A stretch of 64,000 nt of DNA, taken from positions 384,001 to 448,000 of the forward strand of contig CBDCJO010000001.1 of the NCBI GenBank assembly GCA_965217865.1. The letters are read 5' to 3'. A model generated the notes under the pieces. The model saw only the letters and a list, made by a program, of their open reading frames with translations, had not been told where the DNA came from and made no database searches. This DNA is from Candidatus Latescibacterota bacterium. Its GTDB lineage: Bacteria > Latescibacterota > UBA2968 > SICM01. Shown in pieces: positions 1 through 9,300 of the stretch (positions are counted from its first letter, which is position 1; every line of letters begins with the position of its first letter). The position numbers and the translations under genes were made by a program.

Positions 1-1
1 C

Positions 2-667
2 TTCAATTTTATCGACGGCCTGGATGGTCTGGCCGCGGGATCCGCAACCATAAACGCCATGTTTTTCGGCCTGGTTGCCTTGTTGACCGGCCAGAAGTTC
101 ATGATGTTCCTCTCCGTTGCATTGATGGGAAGCTGTATGGGGTTCCTTCCTTACAACCTTCGCCGTCTCAAACCCGCGGGAATTTTTATGGGGGATGCGG
201 GGAGCAACTTCCTCGGGTTCACCCTGGCGGGTATCGGCATCATGGGCGATTGGGGAAGAGGCGACCTGATCGATATCGTCGTCCCTGTTCTGATCCTGGG
301 CGTCCCCATATTCGACACCACATTGACGACTGTTGTGCGTGTCTGGTCCGGACAGGTGAAAACCTTTAACCAGTGGATCGCCTTCACGGGGCGGGATCAT
401 TTTCATCATCGTCTTGCGGATCTGGGCCTGGGTAACAGGAAATCCGTTCTGGTCATCTACACCGTTACGGCCTGGGCTGGCCTTTCCGCCCTGCTCATGA
501 AAGATGCTTCCGGGTTTTACACGATCCTGGGAGTGATGCAATCCGGGATCATTTTCCTGTTGATTGGAGGATTCATGGTCTTCGTAAAAGGCCAATATGC
601 CCGCCTGGCCGGGGCATTCAACGATGAAACTCTTCAAATCGGACATAAACACGCCATTCAACCATAA
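2..667 (+). CDS. MraY/WecA-like glycosyltransferase family 4 (undecaprenyl-phosphate GlcNAc-1-P transferase), 5' partial
   Basis: Frame open from the window start; NFIDGLDGLA, IFMGDAGS and DHFHHRL motifs; many TM segments. Confidence 0.9.
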   Translation, partial: FNFIDGLDGLAAGSATINAMFFGLVALLTGQKFMMFLSVALMGSCMGFLPYNLRRLKPAGIFMGDAGSNFLGFTLAGIGIMGDWGRGDLIDIVVPVLILGVPIFDTTLTTVVRVWSGQVKTFNQWIAFTGRDHFHHRLADLGLGNRKSVLVIYTVTAWAGLSALLMKDASGFYTILGVMQSGIIFLLIGGFMVFVKGQYARLAGAFNDETLQIGHKHAIQP

Positions 668-784
668 ATAATCCCGGTTTTATTCCTGCTTCCTGGATTT
701 TTTCTCCATATTCCTTCCCAAATTCATTTAACTTTACAGTGGGAAATATTTGTCTTATATTTAAATGGGAATTACATATTTAAC

Positions 785-813
785 TTGACAAACGCAAGGC
801 AATTGTTTATATT
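785..813 (+). promoter_or_regulatory. sigma70-type promoter for the transposase, with -35 inside IRL
   Basis: TTGACA-N17-TATATT; AAGGA RBS before ATG 863. Confidence 0.6.
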
Positions 814-862
814 TAAAATTGTTTGTTAGAACAGAGAGTAAACAACAAAAAGGACAATTGCC

Positions 863-1807
863 ATGTCACAGAAAGCGCCTGGAAAGTCTCACCGCAAGGG
901 AATTTCGATTCTCGAATTGGCCGACATGTTTCCAGATGAAGCGGCCGCGGTGATTTGGTTTGAAAAGCAGCTCTGGAATGGGGATCGTTGCTGTGGTCAT
1001 TGTGGAAGCGTCAAGACGCGCGAGGTACCCAATACCAAGCCCATGCCTTACTGGTGCACGGATTGCCGGTCTTACTTCAGCGTCAAGACTGGCACTGTCA
1101 TAGAGAAATCTCGCCTGCCACTTCGCAAGTGGGTCTTTGCGATTTACATCTGTGTCACACATCTCAAAGGTGTTTCCAGTATGAAGCTCCATCGGGATTT
1201 GAAGGTGACGCAAAAGACCGCATGGTTCATGCTCCACCGCCTACGTGAAACATGGGGGACGGATATGGCGGTAAAGTTCGAGGGTCCCGTTGAGGTTGAT
1301 GAGACCTATATCGGTGGCAGGGAAAAGAACAAGCATGCAAATAAGAAGTTGCACGCGGGGCGAGGCACAGTAGGCAAGGTTGCCGTGGCGGGTGCGAAGG
1401 ATCGTAAGACGCGAAAAGTAAGAACTCAAGTAGTTGAACACACGGACGGCGCGACCCTTCAGGGTTTTGTCCACAACAATGTGAAGGATGGCGCAACGGT
1501 CTATACGGATGATGCAACGGCCTATCAGAACATGTACGGCTTTGATCACAAATCCGTGAAGCACAGCGTTGGCGAGTTTGTAAGAAAAAAGGCTCACACG
1601 AACGGTATGGAAAGCTTTTGGGCATTGCTGAAGCGTGGCTATTATGGCACCTATCACAAAATGAGCCTCAAGCATCTGCAGCGTTACGTCAATGAATTCG
1701 CTGGACGTTGCAGTATTCGGGACGTGGATACCGTGAAGCAGATGCAATCCGTTGTTGCGGGGATGATCGGAAAACGGTTGATGTATAAGGAACTGATTCA
1801 AAGTTAG
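863..1807 (+). CDS. IS1595-family DDE transposase
   Basis: N-terminal Zn ribbon (CGHC...CTDC), HTH, VEVDETYIGG, VYTD, HTNGMESFW, HLQRYVNEF. Confidence 0.95.
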   Translation: MSQKAPGKSHRKGISILELADMFPDEAAAVIWFEKQLWNGDRCCGHCGSVKTREVPNTKPMPYWCTDCRSYFSVKTGTVIEKSRLPLRKWVFAIYICVTHLKGVSSMKLHRDLKVTQKTAWFMLHRLRETWGTDMAVKFEGPVEVDETYIGGREKNKHANKKLHAGRGTVGKVAVAGAKDRKTRKVRTQVVEHTDGATLQGFVHNNVKDGATVYTDDATAYQNMYGFDHKSVKHSVGEFVRKKAHTNGMESFWALLKRGYYGTYHKMSLKHLQRYVNEFAGRCSIRDVDTVKQMQSVVAGMIGKRLMYKELIQS

Positions 1808-1822
1808 AAGGGAGAGAAGATC

Positions 1823-2332
1823 ATGCCGTACTTGGCCGAAGCAGTCGCTAATAGTTTCCTGGATATCGCTAAGTCTTCAGGCGAAACGGTAGACGCGATG
1901 AAAATCCAGAAACTGGTGTACTTCAGTCACGGGTGGCACCTCGGATTCGATAAGGGGGCCTTGAGCGCCGAGAACGCACAGGCTTGGAGATGGGGACCGG
2001 TTTTTCCAGATCTTTACCAAGTAGTGAAAGTCTGGGGGAGTAGGCCCATCATGGGGCCCTTAGAAACTATGGATGTCGGTGAGCACAGAAGGTTACAGTG
2101 GAACACGCCGCGCGTCCCTCCCGAGGATACTTTCGCGATGGAACTCATCGAACGAGCGTGGGAGGTCTATGGTCACATGCCTGGGCTGTCGCTATCGCAA
2201 CTCACACACGAACCTGGGGGGCCTTGGGATACAATAAGGAAAAAGAATCCCTATGGCTATAACTTGGTGATTCCGAATAACATCATCAAGAAACACTTTG
2301 CACAGAAGATCTCGGCAAATGCCGGAACTTAA
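1823..2332 (+). CDS. Panacea (DUF4065, SocA/GepA-like) antitoxin
   Basis: MKIQKLVYFSHGW, AWRWGPV and LSQLTHEPGGPW motifs; GGAGAG RBS. Confidence 0.85.
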   Translation: MPYLAEAVANSFLDIAKSSGETVDAMKIQKLVYFSHGWHLGFDKGALSAENAQAWRWGPVFPDLYQVVKVWGSRPIMGPLETMDVGEHRRLQWNTPRVPPEDTFAMELIERAWEVYGHMPGLSLSQLTHEPGGPWDTIRKKNPYGYNLVIPNNIIKKHFAQKISANAGT

Positions 2333-2696
2333 AGACCTTCGCACCGTCCGGACTGATAAGCTTCCAGAACCTGATCAGCAAGACGTCAGTCTGTTCGATG
2401 ACGAGAAAAAAGAACTTGATAACCAACGGCTTCGACTTTATAACCAACGACTTGAAGCCGAAATCAACGATCTCACTCAGGACCGCGATCAACGTAAAAC
2501 GTACGCAAACCGCTTATATTGGCTCATTGTCGGTTGGCTCATTGTTGTTGGCTTAATCATGCTTCTGCACGGATTAAGTCCCATCTCATTCAAACTCTCC
2601 GTCACTGTGCTCACTACTCTAATCGGCTCAACCACAATTTCGGTTCTGGGGTTGTTCGTCATCGTCGCAAATTATCTTTTTCCCAAGAGGCCTTAA
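2319..2696 (+). CDS. Small membrane protein (coiled coil plus two C-terminal TM helices); putative toxin partner of Panacea
   Basis: ATG at 2319 overlaps the Panacea 3' end by 14 nt; charged coiled coil followed by two hydrophobic helices. Confidence 0.65.
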   Translation: MPELKDLRTVRTDKLPEPDQQDVSLFDDEKKELDNQRLRLYNQRLEAEINDLTQDRDQRKTYANRLYWLIVGWLIVVGLIMLLHGLSPISFKLSVTVLTTLIGSTTISVLGLFVIVANYLFPKRP

Positions 2697-2803
2697 AATC
2701 CCCCTAACTACTTTCACGCGATTGCAGGCACCGTAAAGGAGTTGCAGGTTACTCAACGGGGCGTGAAACTGGCGCCCCCCCTTGTATGTTTGAGGAGGCG
2801 TGT

Positions 2804-2956
2804 ATGCCACGTTACGAGTTTAAAGGCGCGACACCCGAAGCGCTAGCCCGAGCCTTACGCCGACGGCCGTCGGGCCAAGTGGACAGACAAGAGAAACATT
2901 CAGCAGACCATCAGAAAGAGCAGCAGAAAGGCACTCAACGAAACAATCCTAAATGA
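2804..2956 (+). CDS. 50-aa small ORF inside the IS1595 element (MPRYEFKGATPEALARALRRR...)
   Basis: GAGGAGG at 2792-2798, ATG at 2804, TGA at 2954-2956; below the ORF-track length cutoff. Confidence 0.5.
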   Translation: MPRYEFKGATPEALARALRRRPSGQVDRQEKHSADHQKEQQKGTQRNNPK

Positions 2957-2974
2957 TTTCTCGACTTTTGTCAA
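2946..2974 (-). promoter_or_regulatory. Inward-facing sigma70-like promoter from IRR
   Basis: Minus strand TTGACA-N17-TAGGAT. Confidence 0.4.
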
Positions 2975-3046
2975 GTTAAATATGTAATCCCCATTTAAAT
3001 CTTAATTACCTTCCTATCCTCATTCCGGTTTCTTTTCAAGGAGTTT

Positions 3047-3373
3047 TTGATGCCGTCAAAAACCGATACTTCGTTCAAAACCGGCAACATCTCGGTGACT
3101 TCGGACCCCGACCGTGAGTTCCTTATTGAAACCCATTGCTGTGTCACAGGTGCGGACGTCAAGCACAGCTTCTGCCGCTACCCGGATAGTGTCAACGGAA
3201 CCTTGATGGTTATGTCACACGAGGCCATGCTCAAAAACTCCCTGCCCGGACAGGACCTTGTCACAGCCTTCGAGAAGGTACTGGCCAAGCGGCGCGAGAC
3301 CGAAAAAAGTCCAAAGGACGAAAAAAGTAACACCCCCCCAACAGATACATTTTTTTCGCCTTTGAAATCGTGA
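3047..3373 (+). CDS. Hypothetical protein
   Basis: AAGGAG RBS; 108-aa ORF closely followed by the DUF1844 gene. Confidence 0.55.
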   Translation: MMPSKTDTSFKTGNISVTSDPDREFLIETHCCVTGADVKHSFCRYPDSVNGTLMVMSHEAMLKNSLPGQDLVTAFEKVLAKRRETEKSPKDEKSNTPPTDTFFSPLKS

Positions 3374-3383
3374 GATATTGAAG

Positions 3384-3755
3384 ATGGATGAACCCCGATC
3401 CTTGACTGAGGAGCAACGTAACGAACTCTTATTCACCCAAATTGTCATCATGTTCCAGGGTGCTGCCATGCAGCAATTGGGCAAGGTAAAGAATCCTGTA
3501 ACCGATAAGATCGAACGAGATCTTGATCACGCCCGGAATAGCATCGATATCCTTGGCATGCTGGAAGTTAAGACCAAGGGGAATCTGACCACCCAGGAAG
3601 ATCAATTCCTTCAGCTCGTGCTTTCTGAGTTACGGTTGAATTATGTCGACGAAGTCAAAAAACCCGTAGAAACTCAGCCTGAGTCGGAGAAAGAACCGGA
3701 AGGAGAGACCGAGAAAAAGCAGGAAGAAACCCCGGAGAACGAAATAAAGGGATAG
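3384..3755 (+). CDS. DUF1844 domain protein
   Basis: LGKVKNPVT...DLDHARNSIDILGMLEVKTKGNLT..E...L...LSELRLNYV signature. Confidence 0.85.
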   Translation: MDEPRSLTEEQRNELLFTQIVIMFQGAAMQQLGKVKNPVTDKIERDLDHARNSIDILGMLEVKTKGNLTTQEDQFLQLVLSELRLNYVDEVKKPVETQPESEKEPEGETEKKQEETPENEIKG

Positions 3756-3818
3756 GCCCCTTGGGCCTTTCTCCATCTGACTTAAGAAGGTTCACCTAAT
3801 CCCATTAAAGGGTGCGGA

Positions 3819-5526
3819 ATGAAAGAGATTCGGTATTTCGACTTCTTGAAATCGATGCGGTCGAACATCTACGAGATCCACTTCAACGACCTCTCCTACA
3901 GCCCACCAAAAGTCGATTTCCGCGGGGCCATGATCATCTTGAAGCCTTATATCGGGGGCCGATTGAAGGATCAGCTCAAAGCCGTCGTCCCGATAAGCCT
4001 CTACCTCTTCCTGTTTCAGATCGTCATTCTCCGCCAGTCGATACCCAACGCAACTGTTGTGGCCTTGGGATTGGGCGGCGTAATTATTGGGTTGATGTTC
4101 TTCATGGAGGGCCTCAAGCTCGGGTTGATGCCGTTCGGTGAGGTCATCGGGTCAACCTTCCCCCTAAAATCCAAGCTCGTGACCATTCTGCTCATCGCCT
4201 TCACCATCGGTTTGGGGGCGACCTTTGCAGAGCCGGCGATCGGTGTCTTAAAGGAGGCCGGGAAAATCGTTAAAGCCGAGGATGCTCCGGTCCTGTATGC
4301 CCTGTTGAACATCTACTCGGGTCTCCTGGTGACCTGTGTGGGAATCGGCGTGGGCCTCGCGACGGTCCTGGGTATCCTCCGGTTTCTCTACAACTGGAGT
4401 CTGAAGCCGCTCATCTTCGCCTCAGTGACCCCTACCCTGCTCCTGACCGTCTATGCGTACCTTGACGAAGGCATGTCGAGCATGATCGGCCTGGCCTGGG
4501 ACTGCGGCGGGGTGACCACGGGACCGGTCACAGTCCCCCTCGTGCTCTCTCTGGGGATGGGGGTGTCTCTGGTCACGGGGAAATCCGATACCGGCATGTC
4601 CGGGTTCGGGATCGTGACGCTGGCCTCGCTTTTCCCGATTATGGCCGTCCTGAGCCTTGCGCTCTACGTGACGAGCACGCAAGATGTTCAGGCCATCGTG
4701 GCCGCTGCCGCAAAGGTCGGCGAAACCACGACGGTGGAACCCACCTTGTGGGACCATCCGGTGGTCGCCAATATCATTCTGGCCTTCCGGGCGATCCTTC
4801 CCCTCTGTGCCTTTCTCTACCTCGTTCAAAAGGTCATCCTTCGGGAAAAGATTCAGAACTTCGGGATCGTTATCTACGGCATCGGACTCTGCGTGATCGG
4901 AATGATCATGTTCAACCTGGGTCTGGCCTTCGGCCTTTCCGCGCTCGGATCCCTGGTTGGAGATATCCTTCCCGCGGCCTTTACGGAGCTGGACAAGGTG
5001 AGCGGATCCCCCCTCTATCTTTACCAAGTTGGAATCGCCATCACGGTCCTCTTCGCCTTCATCAATGGGCTATGGCGCCACGCTGGCAGAACCCGCCCTG
5101 AACGCCCTGGGCCTCACCGTCGAGAATATCACAAACGGCGCTTTCAAAAAAACCGTCCTGATGCATTCGGTGTGCGTCGGCGTCGCCTGCGGCCTGTCCA
5201 CGGGAATCCTGAAGGTGGTCTTTGATATTCCCCTCCCCTACCTCCTCATACCCCTTTATTCGATCCTCATTGTGTTGACCATTTTTTCATCCGAGAAGTA
5301 CGTCAACATCGGTTGGGACTGTGGAGGCGTTACGACGGGACCGGTCACCGTCCCCCTGGTGCTCGCCTTGGGTCTTGGGGTCGGCAACGCGGTGAATGTT
5401 GTAGAGGGATTCGGAATCATCTCCATGGCGTCCGTATGGCCAATCATTACGGTGGTTTCTGTGGGACTTTGGGTGGATCACAAGGCATCTCAGGCCGAGG
5501 ATGAATCGGCAAGGAGCGTGGCATGA
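3819..5526 (+). pseudogene. Tandem DUF1538 membrane protein, frameshifted near 5064 (possibly a sequencing indel)
   Basis: Two AEPA and WDCGGVTTGPVTVPLVL repeats; removing one A at 5064/5065 joins the two ORFs. Confidence 0.8.
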
Positions 5527-5894
5527 ATCAGAGCAAAATCATGACGGTATTGACCGACTTGAAAATGATAACGTGCATCGTACAACGAGGCGCGGGTGAG
5601 GCCATTGTCAAGGCCGCTGCGGACGCGGGCGCAACCGGCGCCACTGTGCATTTTGCCCGGGGTACGGGTGTGCGTGAAAAACTCGGGATCCTCGGAGTGG
5701 CGGTCGAACCCGAGAAAGAGGTCATCAACATCGTGGTTCCCGCGGAAAAGGCGGATGAGATCTTTGAAGTGATGTATTTTGCGGGAAAACTGAACGTTCC
5801 CGCGATGGGTTTCATCTACATGTCCTCCCTCGATAAGGCCGCAACCTATATCCCTAAAGAGGTAGCGGAAAAAATAGGTAAGGAAACAGAATAA
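5523..5894 (+). CDS. P-II family regulator
   Basis: ITCIVQRG, AGATGAT..ARGTG, EPEKE and GFIY motifs; ATGA overlap with the DUF1538 gene. Confidence 0.85.
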   Translation: MNQSKIMTVLTDLKMITCIVQRGAGEAIVKAAADAGATGATVHFARGTGVREKLGILGVAVEPEKEVINIVVPAEKADEIFEVMYFAGKLNVPAMGFIYMSSLDKAATYIPKEVAEKIGKETE

Positions 5895-5948
5895 CCTTTT
5901 AGCATGGGGATTTGACTTCAGCAGCATATCGATCGATTGATCGATTTT

Positions 5949-5998
5949 TGTGATTTAGGTCACGGACTTTTTTTATCATTTCCGTGACCACTATCACC
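5949..5998. promoter_or_regulatory. Two CRP/FNR-like sites
   Basis: TGTGA-N6-TCACG (5949-5964) and CGTGA-N6-TCACC (5983-5998). Confidence 0.4.
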
Positions 5999-6038
5999 AA
6001 ATAATAATACTTAATTTACCATTGTTATTAGTCGGGTG

Positions 6039-6070
6039 AGGTAGGGACGACGTCCGGGTCGCCCCTACCT
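6039..6070. repeat. GTAG-type REP-like hairpin
   Basis: AGGTAGGGACGAC...GTCGCCCCTACCT imperfect palindrome. Confidence 0.5.
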
Positions 6071-6158
6071 TTGTTTTAGGTGACCGTTCATGACCCCACT
6101 TATCGTTTTATGAATTAAATTTCTCCTTGAATTTTTAGGTCAATTTTATGTCAGAAGT

Positions 6159-6178
6159 TATTGACAACAGTGTCAATA
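6159..6178. promoter_or_regulatory. Palindromic operator, candidate enhancer (UAS)
   Basis: TATTGACA-ACAG-TGTCAATA, about 105 bp upstream of a sigma54 promoter. Confidence 0.45.
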
Positions 6179-6282
6179 GTTGATGACAATCCTTGCCAAT
6201 TAAACGAAATCAAGAACCGTTTTGTAAACCCCGATTACCCGCATGACCTAGGAAACAATAAGTTATGACAAGCGGAGGACCA

Positions 6283-6297
6283 TGGCACGGACCTTGC
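6283..6297 (+). promoter_or_regulatory. sigma54 (-24/-12) promoter
   Basis: TGGCACGGACCTTGC matches TGGCACG-N4-TTGC exactly. Confidence 0.7.
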
Positions 6298-6382
6298 GAT
6301 TAGACCACTCGGCCATATACGTACAACAGACCTTGAAGGAAAAGTCGAATCAAAACGGAACCCTATTTCCGAGGGGATACAG

Positions 6383-9300
6383 ATGATTTCAACGACCCAG
6401 AGATACTTCATGACGATCCTGTTCATGAGTTGCATCTTCCTGATTTCTACGACCACTTTAGCGCAGGAAGACGTCACACTCGAAGGAGACGTGACGGACG
6501 TAGACGGTAATATAATAGAGGGTGTGGGCGTCAATGTCTTCAACGACCAGGGCCAGAGTGGATTCTCGCTTACCGACGCGGAGGGCAACTTTAGTATCAC
6601 GCTGCCCCCCGGATCTTATACCCTGGATGCAGCCCCTCCGGCAAACACCTCGTTCCTTCGGACCCGAATGGATATCACGGTTACTGACGATCCCGCTGGT
6701 ATTAACGTGATACTTAATAAAGGGTTCGTCCTGTCCGGATTAGTCCTGGGGTCTGATGAACTGGCCGTAAGTGACATAAGCATGAGCTTCTTCTTACCCC
6801 CCGAAACGTTTTTCCACGCGCAGAGCCAGGAGGACGGAAGCTATAGCGTGGTCCTCCCCGAAGAGGGACCTACGAAATCACCCTGAATCCCCCCTCGGGG
6901 ACGCCTTATCTCACCACCGTGAGGGAGGGATTTGGGATCTCAGGCATCCCGGGGAGCAGTATCGTGGAGGATCTCGGCCTGGATCGAGGTGCCGTCTTCT
7001 CAGGATTCGTCAGGGGTCCGAATGAAGAGGCCGTAAGCGACGTGAACATCCACCTATCCTCAGCGTCCGGTTTGTCCTTCGGGACGCAGAGCCTGGCGGA
7101 CGGAAGCTATCGCGTGGTGGTTCCACCGGATACCTACGACATCTTCCTCAGCCCCCCTCAGGGATCATCATACGTCAGCGCTCGAAGGGAGGGGGTTTCG
7201 ATTCAGGAAGATACCGTGGATGACCTGGGGTTGGATCTGGGGGTGACCGTGTCGGGTCGGGTGACCGACCAGGGTGGAACCCCCGTGGAAAATGCCCACG
7301 TGAATCTGTTCGGTCCGGAAGGCGGGAACAGCGGAAGCACAGACGCCGACGGCAACTACAGCGTTCTCATCAGTCCCGGTTCATATAATCTGAATGTCAA
7401 CCCCCCGGAGGGGGCCCCTCTCCTCCCGGAACAAAGAGATGAGTTCGAAGTTTTTGGCGATCTCACGATCGATATCTCCCTGCTGGAAGGCGCGACGGTT
7501 CGGGTGTGGTTCGAGGCTCGGACGGCCAGCGGGTCCAGGATGCATGGGTCTTCTTAAGCGATCCCGAGACTTTTCAAGGCAGAGGTTCCGGCACCGATGC
7601 GGATGGATTTTACAACATCCTTATTTCACCCGGGACCTATAACCTAAGGGTGGATCCGCCTGGTGAGAGCTCTCTCCTTCCGTTTAACAGAGAGGACCTC
7701 CAGGTGACGATCGGCATGCCCCCCCTCGACATTACCCTTGAAAGGGGAGCGATCCTGACCGGTTTGGTCACCGATCCCGCAGGCAACCCATTGCAGGACG
7801 TGTTTGTCAACGCGTGGAATCCGGAGACGCAGACCGGCGGGGGGTCCGGGACAGATGAAAACGGGCGATACCGGATGACCCTTCCTCCGGGGACATACGA
7901 CATAGACACCCACCTTCCTCAGGAAAGTCCCTTAATCTCGAGACGTATCGAGGCCGTACAGGTCATATCAGACCGGACCCTCGATATCAGCCTGGAGCGG
8001 GGAGCGATCCTTTCTGGTTTGGTCTCTGACCCTTCGGGAAACCCGCTCCCGGACGTTTTTATCAACGCGTGGAATCCAGAGACACAGACCGGGAACGGCA
8101 CCCGAACCGATGAAAACGGGCGATACCAGATGACCCTCGCCCCGGGGATCTACGAGTTGAACATCAATCCCTCCCAGGGAAGCCCGTTCATCTCACAACA
8201 CCTCGAGGACGTCCAGGTGACGGGCGACCGAACTCTTGATATTCGATTGGAAAGAGGGGCTATCCTTTCGGGTCTGATCACCGATCCGGGCGGCAATCCC
8301 CTTCAGGACGTGTTTGTCAACGCGTGGAATCCTGAGTTACAGATCGGCGGCGGGTCGGGGACCGATGAAAACGGGCGCTATCAGATGGCACTGCCCCCGG
8401 GGAAATACGAGATCAACCTCCACCTCGGGCAGGACAGCCCCTTCGTATCGCAAAGTATCCAGGACTATCAGCTCCTGGGAGACCAGACCCTCGACATCAG
8501 GGTGGACCAAGGAGCGATCCTCTCGGGGCGCGTCACCGATCCCAATGGAAATCCGGTCCCGGAGGTGCACGTCAACGCGTGGAATCCTGAGTTACAGATC
8601 GGCGGCGGATCGGGTACCGAGGAAGACGGGCGATACCGGATGGCACTACCCCCGGGCACTTACGAGATCAACGTCCATCTCCCGCAGGACAGCCCCTTTG
8701 TATCGAGGCCGATCGATGGCGTCCAGGTGATTAGTGACCTGACCCTCGATATCCACCTGGATCAGGGCACGATCCTCTCGGGATTGGTGACCGACCCCGC
8801 GGGCAATCCTCTGCCGGATGTCTCTGTCAACGCGTGGAATCCCGAGACGCAGACCGGCGGCGGGTCCGCAACCGATGAGAACGGGCGATACCGGATGGCC
8901 CTCCAGTCCGGAATTTACGATATCAATGTCAACCCCCCGCAGGACAGCCCCTTTGTTCCGCAGCGAATCGAATCCGTTCAGGTGACCTCGGACAGGAATC
9001 TCGATATTCAGCTGGAGCGCGGGGCGGTCCTCACAGGGCTGATCACCGATCCGTCGGGGACCCCGCTCAGTGACGTTTTTATCAATGCCTGGAACCCGGA
9101 GACACAGACAGGTGGCGGATCCGGAACGGACGAAGACGGGCGTTACCGGATGGCCTTGCTCCCGGGGATTTATGAAATCAACATCCATCTCCCCCAGGAC
9201 AGCCCCTTCGTCTCTGAAACGATCAGGGACTACCAGCTCCTGGGTGATCAAACCCTCGACATCCGAGTGCAACGAGGAGCGATTCTATCCGGTCTGGTCA

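Larger units (their letters stand above)
767..2992 (+). mobile_element. IS1595-family element carrying passenger genes (2226 bp)
   Basis: IRL GGGAATTACATATTTAACTTGACAAA (767-792) and IRR (2967-2992) match at 25/26; 8-bp direct repeat ATTTAAAT at 759-766 and 2993-3000. Confidence 0.95.
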
